DNA of 61,680 nt, filler included, from Nitrospirae bacterium CG2_30_53_67 (lineage in GTDB: Bacteria > CG2-30-53-67), in the NCBI GenBank assembly GCA_001873285.1. It is 4 parts of 4 records of this genome, joined end to end, with 100 filler letters (N's around TTAATTAATTAA, not from the genome) between each part and the next. Parts side by side here need not be neighbours in the genome. Positions count along the whole stretch, not along the records: positions 49,488 to 61,680 come from MNYV01000130.1; 3 more parts are not named here. One strand, given 5' to 3'. Within the stretch, counting starts at the first letter, position 1; the number at the start of each line of letters is the position of its first letter. The notes under the pieces are model-generated. The model was not told the DNA's origin. It made no database searches and saw nothing but the letters and a program-made list of their open reading frames with translations. Both the position numbers and the translations under genes were made by a program. This document shows positions 57,784 through 61,680 of the stretch, piece after piece.

Positions 57784-59406
57784 TTATCTTGAAGGGACGC
57801 CGGCTTGAATCGGAAAGTTCATTTCTTGCAGATAAGTCTCGATCTGGTGTTCGGTCTCTCGTGGATCCCAGTGAAGATACCTGGCGAGCAAGGAAGCGAC
57901 GCGGCCCGCAGTCTCACGGCCGTTGGCCTCGGAAAGGGCAAGCGAGGTTCTCCTCCGGAGAAAATCGCTGAGGGTCACGACCATCTCCTCCTCCACGCCA
58001 TAGCGGACCTGGGCAAGGATTTCCGGTCTTCCCGGAGTGATCCGCTCACGAAGTCCCTCATCCTCCTGGATTCGATTCAGGACATCCCGGTAACGGGTCC
58101 CGTAACACCGGATGAAGTGCGCCGCCGTATCCGGCCCGATGCCGTATTCGGTTTCCGCCTTTTCACATATCATCTTCATGTCGGAGGCTGGATCTTTGAG
58201 GCCCCCGCCATAGAGCGGGAGCTCGGCAGTCCTGCACGGGACCCGTGACCGCATCTCCTGTCCCCTGGCGATCCGGTCCACCACCTCCTCGGCGACCTGC
58301 CGATAGGTGGTGTACTTTCCGCCGGCCACACTCAGAAGTCCGGAACGCTCCTCGTAGATCACATGACTCCGTGAAAGCTCGGATGGGCGGCCCGGCTCCG
58401 CCACCAAGGGGCGGAGCCCGGCGAAAGACGCGATCACATGCTCTCTGTCCAGCTTAGCGCCCGGAAGGACGCGCCGACCCTCCTCGATGAGATAGGCGAT
58501 ATCCTCTGGTGACGGCGTGACCTGGTCAGGATCGCCGGTATAGAAGGTGTCGGTGGTCCCGACCAGTGAGTAACCCTGATAGGGAATCACAAAAAAAACG
58601 CGGTTGTCCCGCCGCGCCGAGATGAGCAGGGCATGACCTCGGGTGGATCCGGGAACGATGATGTGAACCCCCTTGGTGGGCCGAAGCCGAGGCTCTGTTT
58701 TTAGTGAACTCATTTTAGTGATACGGTCGAGCCACGGGCCTGAGGCGTTGATCACCTTCCGGGCCATGACCTCGAACGTCCGCCCGGAAAGTCGGTCTTT
58801 GACCACGGCGCCGGCCGCCCTTTCCCCGCTCCTGATTAGGGAGATGACCTCGGCATAATTGACCGCGGCCGCCCCAGCCTCTGTGGCGGAGAGCACATTT
58901 TCCAAACAGAGGCGCGCATCGTCCATCCGGCAGTCATAGTAGACGGCCCCGCCCTGAAGGCCCGTCCTTTCGAGATCGGGCTCTGCCTTGAACACGTCCT
59001 GTAATGAAACCATCCGGTGCCTCTCAACATTCCTGAACAGGGCCAGCATGTCATACAGGATCATCCCCGCATGGATGATTGCCCGGCCTCTCGCGTCCTC
59101 CTTGTAGACCGGAATCAGAAAAGGGAGAGGATGGACCAGGTGAGGGGCGATGGAGAGAAGGGTTCTCCGTTCCCGGCAGGATTCAAAGACCAGGCCGAGT
59201 TTCATCTGTTCCAGGTACCGAAGTCCCCCGTGGACCAGCTTTGAGGTCTTGCTGCTGGCGCCCGAGGCAAAGTCCCCTTTCTCCACCAGGGCCGCCCGAT
59301 ACCCCCGGAGGGCGGCGTCCCTCAGGATGCCGCAGCCGTTGATCCCGCCGCCGATGACGAGAAGATCGAACGTCTCCGAGGTGAGTCTATGGATTTCCCG
59401 TTTCAA
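57784..59406 (-). CDS. glpD: FAD-dependent glycerol-3-phosphate dehydrogenase
   Basis: DLLVIGGGING, DFASGASSKTSKLVHGGLRYLE, DDARL, GLRPL, GGKYTTYR. Confidence 0.93.
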   Translation of the reverse strand: MKREIHRLTSETFDLLVIGGGINGCGILRDAALRGYRAALVEKGDFASGASSKTSKLVHGGLRYLEQMKLGLVFESCRERRTLLSIAPHLVHPLPFLIPVYKEDARGRAIIHAGMILYDMLALFRNVERHRMVSLQDVFKAEPDLERTGLQGGAVYYDCRMDDARLCLENVLSATEAGAAAVNYAEVISLIRSGERAAGAVVKDRLSGRTFEVMARKVINASGPWLDRITKMSSLKTEPRLRPTKGVHIIVPGSTRGHALLISARRDNRVFFVIPYQGYSLVGTTDTFYTGDPDQVTPSPEDIAYLIEEGRRVLPGAKLDREHVIASFAGLRPLVAEPGRPSELSRSHVIYEERSGLLSVAGGKYTTYRQVAEEVVDRIARGQEMRSRVPCRTAELPLYGGGLKDPASDMKMICEKAETEYGIGPDTAAHFIRCYGTRYRDVLNRIQEDEGLRERITPGRPEILAQVRYGVEEEMVVTLSDFLRRRTSLALSEANGRETAGRVASLLARYLHWDPRETEHQIETYLQEMNFPIQAGVPSR

Positions 59407-59577
59407 ACGCAGGCCTCCATGGTTTGTAATCAGATTTTTATTTTAATTATAGCATGGAACAGGATTCAAGGTGAGTGAGATTTATCATAGGAGGAGATAC
59501 ACATCGATCGTCTGAGTTTACAGGCTTCGGGCAAGGCGAACGCTTTGGATCTTTTATCGTAATAAACAAATTCACAT

Positions 59578-59698
59578 ACAGAGCGACAGAACAAAGCAGA
59601 CCGAGGCGCGAGGAAATCGAAGAGTGAGGCGTACTGGTAGTACGCCGCAACGACGAGACGAGGAAGCAACAAAGGTATGCAAAGTTATGTCGCTCTGT
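59578..59698. mobile_element. MITE-like element (TIR ACAGAGCGACA)
   Basis: Perfect 11-bp inverted ends; central GAGGCGTAC-loop-GTACGCCGCAA core. Confidence 0.7.
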
Positions 59699-59884
59699 CT
59701 ACATATCCGAAAAGAGTTTGCCCCCCTTGCCCCAGTTTTCCTTCTCGACCTCTTCGATCACGATGTAGGTGTGTTCGCTCGGCTTGCCGGCCACCCGTTC
59801 GAGGGTCTCGGAAAACTCCTTCACAATCTTGGCCTTCTGTTCCCTGGACAGCTTGCCCAGAAGCTTCAGATTCACGTAAGGCAT
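59699..59884 (-). CDS. 4-oxalocrotonate tautomerase family protein
   Basis: N-terminal Pro (MPYV), EQKA, ENWGKGG; 61 aa. Confidence 0.92.
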   Translation of the reverse strand: MPYVNLKLLGKLSREQKAKIVKEFSETLERVAGKPSEHTYIVIEEVEKENWGKGGKLFSDM

Positions 59885-60174
59885 GGGTCTTCTCCTTGTA
59901 GTTCGGTTTCCAACCTTGATTCAAGAATCCGTATAACCCTGTCCATATCCTGGACTGGGGTCTGATCGAGATGTTCGAACATCTCCGCCTCATCATCTTC
60001 TTCCAGATCCCTCAGGTGGGCGATATGAATCGCAAAGTTTTTGCCGCTTTTCTTGACCTCACGGATCTCTTTGAGGAACCCCAGAAGTTTGGTGCAGATC
60101 TCTTCCGGCATCTGAGGAACCGGACCCGAGAGCCTGTTCCTGATCCAGTCGCTGAGGCTGATCTCTTCGCTCAT
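59872..60174 (-). CDS. Hypothetical protein
   Basis: 100-aa acidic helical ORF with a GGAG-like RBS, overlapping the tautomerase start. Confidence 0.6.
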   Translation of the reverse strand: MSEEISLSDWIRNRLSGPVPQMPEEICTKLLGFLKEIREVKKSGKNFAIHIAHLRDLEEDDEAEMFEHLDQTPVQDMDRVIRILESRLETELQGEDPCLT

Positions 60175-60328
60175 CTCCGTCCCTCAATTAATTTCCCGCC
60201 GTGCAACATACACCATAGCGTGGGACCCGACAAGGGACAGTCCTATTCTTCCCGTAAAAACAGTTCTTGTCAAGCTGAGAAAGACGGTGGAACGAAAGGG
60301 TGATTGCCGAGTGTTCAAGTTGCTCCAT

Positions 60329-60946
60329 TTATCGGAGGGGTATCCGTTCCGGAATACTCTCTTTTCTGATGCGGATCTCCGCCACAGGGGAGTTGACCTC
60401 AAAATATCTCGCCACTTCATTGGAAATAAAGGACCAAACATCATCCGGGATTGAAGACATCCTGCTGAATGCGGCATGATTTTCTCTTACGATCTTCTCA
60501 CAAATTTTTTCAAGCTGCGGTGTCGGAACTAAAATGTGTCCGGCAAAAGCATCACCTTGATATTCAAACCAATCGATCACGTCGGATTACAAGCCCTCCC
60601 TCCACTCCATATACTCATGCACTAATTTAAATTGTAAATCAGCATAAAACGACTCATGCAATACACAATGACCAAGCTCATGGGCAAGGGTGAAACGGCA
60701 TTTCTCATGCATTTGGTCATACTGAATCTCATCAACCATGATGGTCGTTCGGTCGGCCGTAAGAAAACCGTTTAAACCATGATCTCTGTATAGTCGTGGG
60801 AAAGGGTATATGTTCAGACGGAGTTTCAGCTCAATTATTTCTTCAATCGGGATGGGAATCTCTTGCGATGGATGCAGCTCATGCAGAAACTCTCTGGCTT
60901 TTCTCCCGATCTCAGCGTAAGTAAGACGGGGAAGTTCAAAACTCAC
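60329..60946 (-). pseudogene. ImmA/IrrE-family Zn metallopeptidase interrupted by an in-frame TAA
   Basis: IPIPIEEI, RFTLAHELGH..LH; GL-TAA(60587-60589)-SDVIDWFEYQGDAFAGHILVP continues in the same frame. Confidence 0.85.
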
Positions 60947-61323
60947 CGCAATTCCTTTCGGATAGATTCAAGCAGATTCTTCAGATCCTCGTCATCAAGC
61001 TTCTTTCCCCTGACTGTCCTATATAAAATGGGAAGCGCTTTGATCATTTCGCGATCCGAGACTATGTCGGAAGGTATTTTCCCAACACCGGTGGAAGCCA
61101 GATCACAAAACGTGAGCCAGTCATCACTTCCTTGCTTGATTCTCAAAGCTGCTGCATACTCCTTCCTTTTTTCTTTGGACTGCGGCGGCGCCAACAAGTC
61201 TCTCTCAATTTTACTTATGTTTCCCGGATCAAACCCGTTGTGCCTACAAAATTCCCGTAATGTAAGACCAAGCTCAATTCTTTTTTGTTTAAAAAATTCG
61301 CCGAATGTGACCCCGGGTTTCAT
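60943..61323 (-). CDS. XRE-family HTH regulator (ImmR-like)
   Basis: FGEFFKQKR..LGLTLREFC....DPGNISKIER..LAPP; GTGA overlap with the peptidase. Confidence 0.88.
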   Translation of the reverse strand: MKPGVTFGEFFKQKRIELGLTLREFCRHNGFDPGNISKIERDLLAPPQSKEKRKEYAAALRIKQGSDDWLTFCDLASTGVGKIPSDIVSDREMIKALPILYRTVRGKKLDDEDLKNLLESIRKELR

Positions 61324-61560
61324 AATTATCACCTCCTCCCCATCTGTTGTTAAATTTACTACAACAGACCGGACTTGTCAACCCCCTGCAGTAAAATTTT
61401 TCTATAAATGCTGATTATTTTTTAATCCCAGAGGGTGGCTCGGTCCGACCCCGGAAGGCATGCATAGGAAAACCACAAGGGACAATGCCAATTTTCCCCG
61501 TAAAAACCGTATTTGTCAAGAGAAGAAATAAATATTCAAGTGTGACAAGTTATTCTCAAC

Positions 61561-61606
61561 AAAAAAGCCCTGCCTCTCTACGAGTCATCGACCTAAGAGA
61601 GAGGGC
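61561..61606 (-). terminator. Intrinsic terminator-like hairpin with U-tract
   Basis: Minus strand GCCCTCTCTCT...AGAGAGGCAGGGC followed by TTTTTT. Confidence 0.55.
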
Positions 61607-61680
61607 CTTGGGTATCTTCTCACCAAGAAAGGACTATGGTTTCCTCCGCTTCATAGCGATCAGGCCAGCCAGCCCTGTGC

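Noticed and set aside
61561..61680. Riboswitch or T-box leader at the window end
   Set aside because: Only a terminator-like hairpin is visible; no recognisable aptamer consensus within the window.

Overview
This window is bacterial DNA, most likely from a draft genome or MAG of a Desulfobacterota/'Deltaproteobacteria'-like anaerobe (inferred from gene content such as mqnA, pdaD, DUF4388 regulators and a PEP-CTERM protein). It is four unrelated contigs joined by N-padded TTAATTAATTAA linkers at 17956-18055, 31826-31925 and 49388-49487, so gene neighbourhoods are not meaningful across those joints. Contig 1 carries a KamA-like radical SAM enzyme, a DUF433/DUF5615 TA pair, an accessory block (large secreted alpha/beta-hydrolase, PEP-CTERM protein, two tandem diversified membrane paralogues), degenerate GAF-GGDEF and REC-DUF4388 signalling genes, asd, tldD and a histidine kinase. 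Contig 2 carries a decaying TA/defence cluster, a ChrB/MFS cluster, mqnA, pdaD, ktrAB/trkAH, methyltransferases and a truncated RAYT transposase. Contig 3 carries two TetR-led RND efflux operons flanking a REC-HD-GYP-REC-DUF4388 gene. Contig 4 carries the rimO tail, a GT2, a DUF4143 ATPase, a MazF-type TA pair, TolC-purE-purD, glpD, a tautomerase and an XRE/ImmA pair whose protease has an in-frame stop. Intergenic DNA is dense with several nested families of MITE/REP-like palindromic repeats. No rRNA, tRNA or CRISPR array was seen. The best candidate for an undescribed system is the hydrolase / PEP-CTERM / tandem-paralogue cassette at 3982-8493. All family assignments come from motif recognition by eye; no searches were run.
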